From the human T2T-CHM13v2.0 reference genome, Homo sapiens, in the NCBI RefSeq assembly GCF_009914755.1, contig NC_060938.1: a stretch of 64,000 bases of DNA; one strand, written 5' to 3'. The position numbers and the translations under genes were made by a program. Positions 14,477 to 27,288 of the stretch are shown here, piece after piece; the stretch's first letter is position 1, and every line of letters starts with the position of its first letter. A model generated the notes under the pieces. It did not search any database, was not told the DNA's origin, and saw only the letters and a program-made list of their open reading frames with translations.

Positions 14477-15611
14477 GTTAAAATGTGGGCGATGGCAGGG
14501 TGGAGCGGGCTGCAAAAATGGGAAGACCCTTTAGGTACCTCGTGAACATCCTATTCTGCCAAACGCTATGGAAGTGTGTCTCAGACATGTCAATCCTATG
14601 AACAGAAGTTCTTAAGGTGTGCGTGATGATTTAGCCCATAGTGGAAAAGATAATAGAGCTATTTAATATGGAGCAGAAAGTTTTGATATGGCCTTCAAAA
14701 ATTAATCTCTATGATTTTTTTTAAATAACAAAGTAATTTTTAAAATAGACACCCTTTGCCAGGCTTGAATCAGAGCAATGAGGTGAGGGTGTCAATTGAA
14801 CATATTATCTAGTATTTTTTATATCTGAAACCCACAGTTGTTTTAAAATCACAAAATAGGTAGGAGTGTCAAGGTGACCACAGCAATCAGAATAGGCATT
14901 CTATGACAGGAACTCTTTAATTACACTTCCGGAGAAGGAAGATAAAAATTCACCATTGTCTATTCCTTTTAAACCTCTTGGTCTTCCAGATCTTAGAGAA
15001 GAAGTTAAAACACATATACCAGCTAAACAAACCTACGACTGTGAAAGCCTTTACAGTGTTCTGAAAGCTAATCAATTTCCATAGTTTGAGTTTCCAGTAG
15101 TAAGCCAATCACATCAAATGTATTAAGGATTGTTACTGTTTATAGTTTTAAATGGATTTTGTTCTTTGGCATTTTAAAATCCAAATGACTATCCCAAAGA
15201 CATAGGAATATACGAATACTGAAGGGCTTCATTGTTATCTGTTTCATACGCTATTTCTTTCTATTATTCATTTATGTTCTTTTTGAACAAGAGAATTTTT
15301 TAACACAAAGGAGAGAAAAGAAAAATATTTCCTGAAGAAGATATGGACAGGTACACAGTAGATGTATTTACTTAGAGAAAGTAGAGGAATACACATCTCC
15401 ATAAATCAGAGTAATCATAGTTAACGCTTCTGCTCTGAAAGATAATCGTTTGTTTAAATGAAGTCTTTTGCCTTGAATTCCAGATAATAATATTTGCCCA
15501 TATTGATGGAGCCTGAATCCCTGCTGCCAAATATGTGACAGAACATTCAATCACCTTTCTGTGATTCAAGCTGATTTTATTAGAGATAGGCACAAAATTG
15601 AACAATTATCA

Positions 15612-15626
15612 CACACACAAACACAT

Positions 15627-15669
<43 letters not shown>
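15612..15669. repeat. (CA)n microsatellite in RHOJ intron 3
   Basis: Seen directly. Confidence 0.95.
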
Positions 15670-15671
<2 letters not shown>

Positions 15672-16465
15672 TAGTAGAGCTGAGTAATATGCTTATAAAA
15701 GGGACCCTAATATATTGGTCTTTCTTTAAGACACAAGCCCTTGCTTTCCCACATTCACACCCACTCATGAACACATGGATTCGCATACACAGTGAGGCTT
15801 TAAAGCAACCAAAATATGTAATTAAATTATCAAATCTAATCCAGATATATAAATGCTATCTTCAAAGTTCTACCTTTGAAAAGATGAATGCTTATCTTGA
15901 GCAAACCCTTTGAAAACTTCTCTTAGGGACTTGCCTTCCAGAGCTTGCAGAACATTTGTTAGAATATCCTCACAGGTAGCAAATCTTCATACCTCCTTTG
16001 AGGATGAAGATTTTATTTGGAAAAGCGAAAAAAAAAAAAAAAAGATGGGTTCAAAGCCAGGAAATAAACTAGTAAATAATGAGTAATATAATTTGGGATC
16101 AAATAAGGCCTCACTGAAAGGTAATGAGACTGATTGGTTATCTTGCATGCCCTGTAAGTAGAATCTAGAAATAAATAGAAAATTTTGAAAAAACATCTGA
16201 GATAGCAACAGAATCATCCGAGTAGTCTTCAGCTTGCAGGGTAACTGTTTGAAGGGGAAAACGTAAGGAAAGTCTGTTGTGTACATTTACAAAGAAATGG
16301 CTTTACTTTTTTAGACATAACATGGGCATGTGAATCTGCTTCCTTAAAGAAAATTTAGCAACTTCAAAGATGTTAACAGGGAAAAAGACTCTATGATGTC
16401 ACAGTTTAAAATATCTGGCAAGGCCTGAGAAAACAAATAAGTTTTCACGTGTGTTTTCTTGCCAG

Positions 16466-16561
16466 ATTGATCTCCGTGATGACCCAAAAACCTTGGCCCG
16501 TTTGCTGTATATGAAAGAGAAACCTCTCACTTACGAGCATGGTGTGAAGCTCGCAAAAGCG
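16466..16561 (+). CDS. RHOJ: RHOJ coding exon 4 (96 bp, phase 0-0): [32 protein letters not shown] (Rho insert region)
   Basis: ttttcttgccag acceptor; GT at 16562; completes the TQIDLR G4 motif typical of the Cdc42/TC10 subfamily; not in the ORF track, read manually. Confidence 0.96.
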
Positions 16562-17689
16562 GTACAGTCAGATTTGAATTTCATTTTAAATGTATGCTGA
16601 GAGAAGAGTGTGTTGTATGCTTTGGAAATGGGTGTGCAACACTGGGTTTTGCTTTAAAGTGCAATGTGTTTAGAATCTTCTCTAAGCTTTCTATTCTCCC
16701 CCTCTGTTCTAGTCGGGCTGGAAGGAGCCATTTGGTTAGCCTTCTTGTCAGCCAGCATTGTCTGTTTTTCATTCAGAAAGCAATTTGGTGAATTTAAACA
16801 GCTGAAGCACTTATCATTTGATTTAGCAACCTCTAGAACATCTACTTGCCATATTTAGTATGAATATAGGGAGTCGTTAGATATATATTTGTAAATCTCA
16901 CTGCTTATTATGGATGTAGCTCATTTAAATAACCCCATAAGAGGCATTTTGTGATTTTCTTGGGAGAGACTTGGGTTAGCATCTGGCAGGGTTATATTTG
17001 TCCAGTATTTCTCACCATATAATGAATAGCCACTTAGAGAGCCTGGATTGTGTCACAAACAGCATCTGGAAGGATAACAGATACCAAAAAGTGACTAGCT
17101 GGGGATCTAAGTGGCTGTTTGGCAGATAATAGCTCAGAGCTGGAACTGTTTTCATGGACCTTTCTTCCTTCTTGAGAGCTTAACATGAAGAGTTAAGAAA
17201 ATGCTTTAGAAAGTTTTTGCCAGACACCAAGTCTTTGCCTCCCCCATTACCCCGAGATGTGAGCAAAGCAGCCACTGAAAAATATTCGAGAGGGTGGACG
17301 TGCTTTATGCAAGAGGAGGCCGATAAATCACACCTCCAGAGCTTAAATCGGACTCCTCATCAAGTCATAAATCTATTGACCCAGGTCAGAGGTTTGGAAA
17401 TTTTCAATCTTACTTTCTAAGTGACTAACCTAGTAAAACGCATACCGCAGGCAGAGTTAGAAGTCACTCTCTTCAAGCCAGTCAAGAATATTAACTACAA
17501 ATTCTTCACTTACAAAATTGTATGCATTTATCTTATTAAATCTTGCTTGCAGGCACTAAAACTAAGCATGATACACTCAACTAGAAATGAATTAAATACA
17601 ATCATGTTTTTACAGGTATCCTGCATGAGAACCTCTCACAACACCTGATCGAGATACTGAACTCTTCCTACTTCTATGCACAGTAATGT

Positions 17690-17910
17690 CAATACTAACT
17701 AGCGCCAGACGTCCATGGAGTCCTTAGGATCCTAAGTACTTAATAATATCTCTCACTTCAGCCTCATAATAACCCTCTTAAGCAGATAGCGTTGGTCTCA
17801 GCTTACAGATGAGGAAACAGTCTTAGAAGACAAGCACATAGCTAATAACAAAGTCAAAAACTTCCAATCCAGCTCTGTGGACATCACCACTCGTGTACCT
17901 GACCGTCACG
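17690..17910 (-). mobile_element. MIR relic
   Basis: ttacagatgaggaaacag core. Confidence 0.6.
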
Positions 17911-18454
17911 TAAATGACCTCCAACTGTGTATCTTTCCTTGGGTGAAATGGGTTTATGCCTGTAGGTGCTTCTACCTTCTCCTCAAACATTCATCCTCAA
18001 ATGCTCTCATTAAGATACCTAAATATGTAGCTCCATAAATAATTGTAGGTGGCTCCTTTCTACACATTTTTCACAGCCAGGATGTCCCCATTGGCCGGCA
18101 CCAGCTTCTTGCAGGAACTCGCGTTCTGTGTTCCTTCATGCCGTCAGCTTCCTAGCCTCACTTCTCATTGGGGAAGTTGTTTTTTTTCTGTCTGAAAAGA
18201 AGTCGTTTCAAAGCCTCCCATCTCGTTTCATACTTATTTTTGGAACAATGGCTGAGTTCACCATTTATATTGCCTTTTGCTAGTTTCTCCTAGCAACTGC
18301 TCTCAGATACAGACGGAATCATGTTTAGCTTACAAAATCCAATTTAGAAGAAAACCTAGCAAGATTTTAACTTGTTTTATCACAATTCATGTAATTATAG
18401 AGATGCTTTAAGTTTCTCTACTCTCTGACTTTTCTGTCAAGTAGTTTATAATCT

Positions 18455-18670
18455 CAGCTAGCATTTATGGAGTGTTTATAATGTGCTAGGCTTGGTGCCA
18501 GGCGCCTTACAGCCTTTGTCTTAATTAATCCTCACAGCAACCCCCTGAGGTGTGTATATTATTATCTCCACTTTCCTACAGGAAACTGAGGCTCAGAGAG
18601 GTTAAGATCGCCCAGCTAGCAAGTGGCAGAGTGAGGATAGAAAACTGTGCTTTAACCACCTGCTCTTCTG
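18455..18670 (-). mobile_element. MIR
   Basis: ttaatcctcacagcaacccc...ggaaactgaggctcagagaggttaag. Confidence 0.8.
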
Positions 18671-20559
18671 CCTCCCTCCTATAATCTGAAAAGAAACCTT
18701 TAGGTTTGGGGCTTCTTTTTTATATACTGGAGTCCCTTATTTTCATGTGCAAAGTTCCCCCCCAACTTAAAGGCTTTGCAAGTTCAGATTTTTCATATCT
18801 GATTCTTTCTGTTCAATACTTTTCCATTTCCAAAGCATTTTCCACCTAACATCTCTTTTTGGTCTCAAAGGGTGTTTTATTTTCAAAGGACATTTTTATA
18901 TCATACACATTTACAATTCTTTATACTCCAAAGTCAACCACATTTACATATTTTGCACTAATTTATTATAAATATTCATTATTCTTTGACTTCTTTTATT
19001 CTCCCTCTTCTTTCTATTACTGTAGTTTTTAATCCTCAGCCTACTTTTCCCATTCTTTTACACATTTGTAACTGCCCCTATTGCTGCTAGAATTATTAAA
19101 CAACAATTGATTAAGCACCTAATATGTGCCAGGTGCTATGCTGGATGCTACACTGTTTAGCTCTAAGATTGTAATTCTTTGTGCATTCTCTTTCCCAGTT
19201 CTATCTAATACAGTCTAAACATGATCTTCTAAGTTCAGACTTCCTAAGGTATTTTTTGATACAGGAATTTGCCATTTTTTCTTTTTTAATCTCTGGGTTC
19301 TCTTTGCCCTCTCCGGCCATCTTCTTCACACTGTGCCTTTTGTCGTTGTCACTCTTTAACTTGGCACCTGCTAAGTTTCCTGCTGGGTTTTTAACATGCA
19401 CAGGTGGGATTTAAAGCAGCAAAATTGCTGCAAACACCCTGTCATCAATGTTCAGTCACGTTAATCAACTGGAGTCTTTAATGCCCTCTTCCTGACTGGA
19501 AGAGTCACTGCCACCTGCCTTGTGCTGGCCATTTTCCCTTTCTCCCTTGGTCATTGAAAGTCACTTCACCACTGGTGTCTGGGTTACAAAGGCCAGAAGA
19601 GGAGGGAGACAGGCAAACAAAAGCATGCCACCTGGATAAACACAGTAACACACATCTGGGCAATGTACCAGGTAGCACAGAAGAGAGAGAGACTAATACA
19701 TTCACGGAAGGAGGTTTCAGAGATTTCTTTAACCAGGTAACATCTTATCCAGGTTTGAAGGATGAGGAAAAGTTTTTCAGGTGGGCAAAGGGGTCTGGGG
19801 AGGGCATAAAATTCTAGACAGGGAGACCAGGACATGCAAAGGCATCCTTTAAAGCATAGGGAGCAGATTGGCAACTGACGGGCCAAAGTTCACCCACAAA
19901 TGTTTTCATTAGTCCAAACACATATTTTTATTGCAATTTAGTGGCCAACATTTAATAGTTTGGAAACACATTTCTAGCCTCTAAAAGAAATTCAGAAGGT
20001 CGAGCAACTCTAGCCCAGCATTTCCTCATCAACAGAAACTGTTAAACAGTCTCTTAGATTAAGCATGTATTCTTCAGTCTGCCACAATCCCCACCACTCC
20101 ATATTATCCTATACTCAAGTAACACACTTTACATTATCCAGCCTTGAATTGGCATCTCTGCATTATAGTCTTCAAAGATCAGCAGCAAATCTGTCTGGCC
20201 TAGAAATGTTTTTCCTCTTTCACCAATTTGATCATAATGCTGACTTGTTGAGATGGCGGCTTTTCTCTTACAACCTGTTTGGTTCTTTTTCTTTTTCTTG
20301 GCTCTCTATTTGCCTTCTCTGTGTGCCTTTGCTAATTCTCAAATGAGGAATACAGAACTACTCTGCTACTAGCCATTTCTTTAGATACGAGCTTACTCTG
20401 TTTATTCCACTAACATCTTCTCTTCTTTTCTCTCCATTTACAGGACATGCCTTCCTTCTTCTTCCCTTCTCTCATCACCTTTACTATATCCGTAACAGCT
20501 TTGCCCATTTATTCATTAATTTTGCTCTTTCAGCCACAATTTCATGACATTTGCTAGAG

Positions 20560-20790
20560 ACAGCCCAAAAGAGTAGTTAAGACTTTGGCTCAGGAGGCAG
20601 ACAAATTCGAATCTCTGCCATTTTCTTAGTTGTGTGGCCATAAGGGAGGTTACTTAGCCTCTCTGGGTATCAGTTTCCTGAGCTGTGAAATGAGGATGGT
20701 GACAGATTTTTCCTTGTAAAGTTCTTGTGACAATGAAATTAGCTCATGTACCACAAGGTCCAGCTCAGCAAACTATAGTTGCTGTTAAAT
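20560..20790 (+). mobile_element. MIR
   Basis: ttacttagcctctctgggtatcagtttcctgagctgtgaaatgagg. Confidence 0.7.
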
Positions 20791-23305
20791 CCATGAGCCC
20801 TCTCAGACATGTCTACAGCTGGGAAGATCTCTTTGCCTTTATCCCTTCCAGTTACTTTCTATCTTATTCTATAACTTGTCCTGCCCCAACTAGAACAACA
20901 TGGAAGAAGTACTAGGTTTTCTTTTACTTGATTAGTCATTACGGTTTTTTTTTTTTTTTCTTATCACTCTTGTATCTTCTGTACATCGCTGATAAATGTC
21001 CCTGCTTTTGAGATAATAAGTTTTAGCTATTATAAAACAATAAGAAAAGTGTTTTTTCAGTTTACACCCTCAATCTCTACTTTTTTCTTGAAAATAAGTC
21101 ATTTGGGTAGAACACATTCCAGTTTGCTTGCATGTGTATCTAAACAAGGAGGCTTGAATCCTGAACCCTCCCAGATGGCTTCTAAATACTTGACTGTGTA
21201 GGTCATTTTGCTCCAAGGAGCAGATGAAGTTGCTGCTGTAATAAGGGCCACATTTCCTTGAGACAATTTTTCATTTCACATCTTTGAGGACACAGATCAT
21301 TTTTTTTAGCAATCTGGCTGTGCTTTTTCCTTGAACCGGGATGAATTCTTCTCCGACCCTCATAGCACTTGACACATGGTAACAATACCTACCTCATAAC
21401 TGGATTGTTTCTCACACGTGTTTCCCAAATGACACCAATAATCTGATGACTACTTTTTCTATCAGTACAACATAATGTCATATTAACTCAGTTACACAAT
21501 AATGCCTTTATCTGCTATTTCATTATCTTCAGAAATGTCTGAATTGGAAGAGACAAGCTTGGGCTCCTCCCGCTCCATCGAAAGGCAAAGCCTGACATGC
21601 TGTCAGCTGCACACTGGGGGCAGGAGGATGGGGAGTGCCCTGCCCCTCCTGCAGGACTCCAGGTGTGAGTGAGCTCAGCCCAGCTGTCCTGGAATTCCAG
21701 GCAGAATCAATCCTAGGCTTGGGATCCTTAGTGGAGAGGTATTCCAGATAGAAAGGTGCTACAGCAGTTTCTAGGTATTTTCCAGACAAGTGCCACCACG
21801 TTACAGTCAAGTCATTCAGAATCATTCAGTTGGCAACGCTGTTGCCATTAGATTAATGTGCTTTTCACATGTGTTTGAATCAAGCATTGAACACAGTCCC
21901 AAAATGCAATAGAAGGCATTTCATTATGTTATTAGGAAAATTTTCTCTGCGCTTTATTCCTCTCTTGTATCTAACTGTTTTTAATTATTTAAAAAAGTTA
22001 TTTTCTAATCTGAAAACCAAACCATGGTCAAAATGAAAGCCATAAAATAGATTTTCAACATCCAACATCGTTTTCTTTTGGTATTTTCCCTTGGCTCATT
22101 CAGTAACCATTCTTGTCAGGAAAAAAATGAAAAATGCATAATCTCTGTCGGAGAGTTTAGGAAATAGTGTCTGGGCCCAACCAAAACCACTTTATTTGAT
22201 GGTTAGTTTTCATATTTGTGGCCTTTGAAATAAGTGGACAATCTCATTTCATTAACTGTCAACTTGACCAGCTTCTTGCAGAGCTGAGTGATAGGGGTCA
22301 CAGTTACTGCCACAGAGCAAGGAAATGAACATGTATCAAGAGACCCAGATTCTGGGTCTATTTCTTTCACTTTCTAGGTGAGTGCCCATAAGCAATTCAT
22401 TTTACCTCTCTGGGGTTATTCCCGCTCTGTTCTAAGCTAAACCACAAGTTCACTTAGTCCACACATTGCAAACTGGCTGGCTGCTGCCAAATATATCCCA
22501 CATCAGTGTCTTGCTTGGCCCATGGTAAATAGTTCATAAACTGGTAAATATTAAATAAAAAATCCAAATGTCCAACTCCTCTTGAAAAATACAAAAATGG
22601 GCAATAGTAAACCAACATTACCACTTGGAAGCTGATAAGACTGCACACCCTAGAGGGGGCATGTGCTTTACAGCCCACCATAGTCCCCTCCTCTCCCTAT
22701 TGTCTTGCGCCAGCCCCACTTTATCATTTACATAAGCTATTGGGCATAATAGGCCTATGATTTTGCTACCTTGTTTTAGCCATTTGTCTGCTGTAGTTTC
22801 CAGGAACTCGCCATTTAGCCAACCTCTTCTGAATCTGCTTTAATTTTTCAAAGTGATTCTTAAAATGCGAATCAAAAACTAAAGTCATTTCTCCAGATGT
22901 CCTTAATAGTAAAAGGCCAACATCACATCATTGACTCTTCCTGAGCTTATGAACAAATAAAACCGCAGGTCTCCTTCACAAGAAGCTGACTGCTAAATAT
23001 GGTCTGCCCTGGTCTGTGATTTTTAAATGAGAATCTATAGTTCTGGCCTGAATTTCTATATTTCTCATGAGAGGTTTGTGATTATCAAACACACCATAGT
23101 ATGAAATCATCAGAATATTTAAAATGAAGCCCTATGCAAGTATGAAATACCTTATCATTTAAATATATAGACTGTACACTGACAGGATGTCTCTGGCATT
23201 AAATGTCTTTTATGATTATCGTTACATGTTTTATTGTTATTGTTACATGTTTTAGTGGGTTTTTTTTTTAACTTTTTAAAAAATATGCCTTTTAAAGTGT
23301 GTTAA

Positions 23306-23600
23306 GGCTGGCTGCAGTGGCTCATGCCTGTAATCCCAGCATTTTTGGAGGCTGAGGCGGGCGCATCACATGAGGTCAGGAGTTCAAGACCAGACTGGCC
23401 AACATGGGAAAACCCCGTCTCTACTAAAAATACAAAAACTAACCCGGCTTGGTGGCACACGCCTGTAATCCCAGCTACTTGAGACGCTGAGGCAGGAGAA
23501 TCACTTGAGCCCAGGAGGCAGAGGTTGCAGAGTTAAGATGGTGCCACTGCACTCCAGCCTGGGCAACAAGAGCGAAATCCATCTCAAAAATAAATAAATA
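23306..23600 (+). mobile_element. AluS in RHOJ intron 4
   Basis: Full dimer; TSD aaagtgtgttaa / aaagtatgttaa. Confidence 0.95.
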
Positions 23601-24222
23601 AAGTATGTTAAAACTAAATAATAATGCCAATTGGATATTACCTTGTTGAGGGATACCTTAAAAGAGGTACATTTTAATCAAGAATGACCTATAAAACCAT
23701 ATCATTCACTCTCTTTCTATCTGCTTTATCAACCAAGCTGACACTTTGCCTTTTATCATACCAAAGAAGATACATTTCACTTGTACATGATTTACACATT
23801 CTGCCTACAAATGAGAGGATATGAAAAACAAGATCATGCACCCCTGTTCTTCACAAAACATATTTAAATTATATCATTGGTTTTGAATTGTCTCCTAATT
23901 TTTTAGATCTTTGCATTTTTTATGTTCTTAGGAATAAATGGCTATGGGTCAATTTTAGGATTTACTGCTTTCCAGAAGTAATCCACAACCATTTATTGCA
24001 AATAAAGGAAAGTAAAAAATACAAAAATACAAAAAAAAAAAAATAGGATAGCAGATACAAATTGAAATGGAAAAAAAAAAAAAAAGACAAACATAATCCA
24101 AACCACCCCACAGGCTGTTTGTAGGACAGGCAGAAGTAAGTGCTTGTCTGGGCAGTGAGTTGATACCACTGTGCTTTTCTCTCTTTTTTATCTCTCATGC
24201 CTTTCTCTCTTTTGTGTTTAAG

Positions 24223-24369
24223 ATCGGAGCACAGTGCTACTTGGAATGTTCAGCTCTGACTCAGAAAGGTCTCAAAGCGGTTTTTGATGAAGCAATCCTC
24301 ACCATTTTCCACCCCAAGAAAAAGAAGAAACGCTGTTCTGAGGGTCACAGCTGCTGTTCAATTATCTGA
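24223..24369 (+). CDS. RHOJ: RHOJ last coding exon 5: [48 protein letters not shown], with G5 motif, polybasic tract and CAAX box
   Basis: Polypyrimidine tract and AG at 24221-24222; ECSA motif, KKKKKR, C-terminal CSII, TGA at 24367-24369. Confidence 0.98.
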
Positions 24370-26011
24370 GGTTGTCTGGGACCTGCCTCCACCCCATCCA
24401 GGGATGAGAATGGCAGCCAATCTCTGTGGCCAAGCTCCAGCCAAAAAGGAGGGCACGACCAGAAAGGAACTCCCTTTGCACGGAGGCTTGCCCCATCACC
24501 CTCTGAGCCCTCCCAACACAGCACACTAGTCAGCCCACTGCCACGACCTCCCTGCCAGCCAGAAGCATCCGTACTGCACGCTGTCTGAGAATGCTGGGCC
24601 TGGATTGCAGACAGTGCCGCTGCTGATCGCATCAAAAACAAAGTCAAAGGCCATCTCACATTTTACAAATCCCCAGCTCATGAACGTGAAGCTGATAGGA
24701 AATCACCCCAGGGAACCCGAAAAAGAAACTTGATTCCTCTATTGCTGGCCTTACTTGATGTCTTTTATAAAACTTGGGACTACAATACTAACCTTTTTTT
24801 CTGAATCTGCTGTTCTACCCATGTGTCTCACATTCATTTGTATTATTTCAAGAAATGTACTAATTTCCAGTTCACTCAGGCCTTACTAATCCATACCAAA
24901 TTAGCCTAAAGACAAGGCATTTTATATTCATTTCTATTTTCAGCATGTTTCTACCAAAGCTATTAGAACCAACACGTACCTCTGAATGCCCGATTATAAG
25001 AAGACATGAGAAGACTTTAAAAGTTTTGGAAATTTACAGAGCCATGATTTTTGAACCTAATTGAAAGAAAACCATCTGAATTGTTGCAGGTCCACATTTT
25101 TGCCAAAGATACACTCTATAGATGCTTAGTAGTGGCCTGATTTTTTTCCATGTATTGCCACGACAAACTAAAAATGAACTGTGTTTAAGAATGTAGTATT
25201 TCTGTTTTTCATCCAAGTTGATTGGGGGAAGAATATGGCAGGATCCATCTTTTACAGTATTTTGTATTCAGTAAAGTGGACATTCCTGCTCCTCCCTTCC
25301 CCCATTGCATGCCCTCTTCCTCCCTTGATTTCACTTTCTCTCATGCCCGGATCCTTTTATTCTCCCCAGTTATAACCCAGTTATAAAAGAAAGATCTGAG
25401 CATAAAGATACGTGTTTAAAAATAACTAAAAGTAAAGGAAAGTGCCTTAATTTTTCTATTTGCTTCAACTGAAAGTGCTTCTCAGCTCGCCCCATGTAAG
25501 TTCTCATTCCATGTAAATGACATTTTCCAGTTACAACTGGTACTGAGATTTTGCCTCTCTCTTTCCTTACTCATCCTCCCAAATGTCTTTGTGGGAGCCA
25601 TATCAGTGGATACCAAGCTCTGTATCCATTTGTCCCCTGCCCTCCACAATGTGTGACATAGAACAGGGACTTTGGCCCTGGGAAAGCAAAAGCTCCCAGT
25701 AAGGAATCCTGTGCCCAATGATGTAAAACAATTCCAAACATCCAGGAATTTTTGTATCATAGAGCGAATTACTTCCTATCTTTTCATTAGAGGCTATGAG
25801 GACTTCTAATTAGTCTTAGTTGCTTATAAGTGCCCTGGAATCACCCAGGTAGGCACTTAATTTTTTTTTCAGTTGCATGAGCAAAGTGCTTCTTAGTAGT
25901 GTGAAATTACAACAACTTTAAGACTTTCCAGATTCAAGCTCCCACTGTTGGAAAAAGCCAGCCTTTCTAATCTCTTCTGCTACTGGAATAAGCACTTAAG
26001 AATTGCGTGAT

Positions 26012-26310
26012 AGCCAGGCACCGTGGCTCATGCCTGTAATCCCAACACTTAGGGAGGCTGAGGTGGGTGGGCCGCTTGAGCTCAGGAGTTCAAGACCAGC
26101 CTGGGTAATATAGTGAGATCCTGTGTCTCTATAAAAAAATTAAAAATTAGTCAGTTGTAGTGACACATACCTGTAGTCCCAGCTACTCAGGAGGCTGAGG
26201 TGGAAGGATCACTTGAGCCCAGAAGGTAAGGCTGCAGTGAGCTGTGACTGTGCCACTACACTCCAGCCTGAGTGACAGAGAAAGAACCTGTCAAAAAAAA
26301 AAAAAAAACA
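26012..26310 (+). mobile_element. AluJ in the RHOJ 3' UTR
   Basis: Full dimer with J-type diagnostics and poly(A). Confidence 0.93.
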
Positions 26311-26832
26311 ACCTACATTTCAAGTACTATTTCCCTTCTCTCCCATCTAATTGCTAAAGATTTTCTTTCATACGCACACACTCCAGTGACTGGAAAAACG
26401 GGAGTTTTCAGTCAAAGCTTGACATTTAGAGAAAACAAGGACTTTCTGCCTTTATAAATGGAAATCAACTGTGTATGAACTATAACTCTGCAGAGGTTAT
26501 GAATTCATCCTTTACAAACAATAATGAACTTTTAGTCCTGTAATAAATGAAATGTTATTAGGCAGCTTTGTTGCATGATTGCATAGTTATATCTTGCTAA
26601 CGGGCCACTCATTTCTCACTGATGTGGATGAAAAAATGAGAGCAGTATGTTTCCAGGTGTGTGCACTCAACAGGCAAATAGCTCCCGAGGTCACCACTTC
26701 CCTAATGGGCCACAGGAAGTAAGTTGATCATGATGGGGAGATCACGTCACCCAGAACCAGCAACTGGATAGAGACTGTTGTTAGTGTCTGGGTAGAGCAC
26801 AGGCTCCCAGGGGTCTTAAGAGCTAATTACTG

Positions 26833-26838
26833 AATAAA
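26833..26838 (+). terminator. Probable RHOJ polyadenylation signal AATAAA (alternative at 26542-26547)
   Basis: tgAATAAAacaatctagaacaaagca followed by a moderately GU/U-rich stretch. Confidence 0.6.
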
Positions 26839-26997
26839 ACAATCTAGAACAAAGCAACCTAAATAAGTTGATGTCATTCTGCCAAATTAATCAGTTATTC
26901 CTTGTTTCACGGCAAGATCCAGTTTGTTTCACTAAAAAGTGTTTTCTGCTATAAGATTAAACTGTCTTCTGAAACCAAAGATAAGAAGAGACATAGA

Positions 26998-27288
26998 GGC
27001 CCGGCGCAGTGGCTCACGCCTGTAATCCCAGCACTTTGGGAGGCCAAGGCTGGCAGATCACCAGGTCAGGAGATCAAGACCATCCTGGCTAACACAGTGA
27101 AACCCCATCTCTACTAAAAATACAGAAAAAATAGCTGGGCGTGGTGGCGGGCACCTGTACTCCCAGCTACTCGGGAGGCTGAGGCAGGAGAATGGCGTGA
27201 ACCCAGGAGGCGGAGCTTTCAGTGAGCCGAGACCGCACCACTGCACTCCCGCCTGGGCGAAACAGCGAGACTCTATCTCCAAAAAAAA
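26998..27288 (+). mobile_element. AluY-type
   Basis: gagatcaagaccatcctggctaacac, gaatggcgtgaaccc; perfect 15 bp TSD aagaagagacataga. Confidence 0.95.

Larger units (their letters stand above)
24370..26857 (+). other. RHOJ: RHOJ 3' UTR (~2.5 kb, contains a sense Alu); end approximate
   Basis: Follows the stop codon; AATAAA hexamers at 26542 and 26833. Confidence 0.7.

Noticed and set aside
23930-24090. AATAAA words and A-tracts just before RHOJ exon 5 as an intronic poly(A) site
   Set aside because: A-rich low-complexity DNA makes the hexamers expected, and any cDNA ends here would likely be internal priming
25365-25386. Short tandem duplication cccagttataa x2 (similar ones near 23221 and 31280)
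   Set aside because: Ordinary slippage micro-duplications
26012-27288. Inverted-repeat Alu structure in the RHOJ 3'UTR
   Set aside because: Both Alus are in the same orientation, and the second lies beyond the likely poly(A) site
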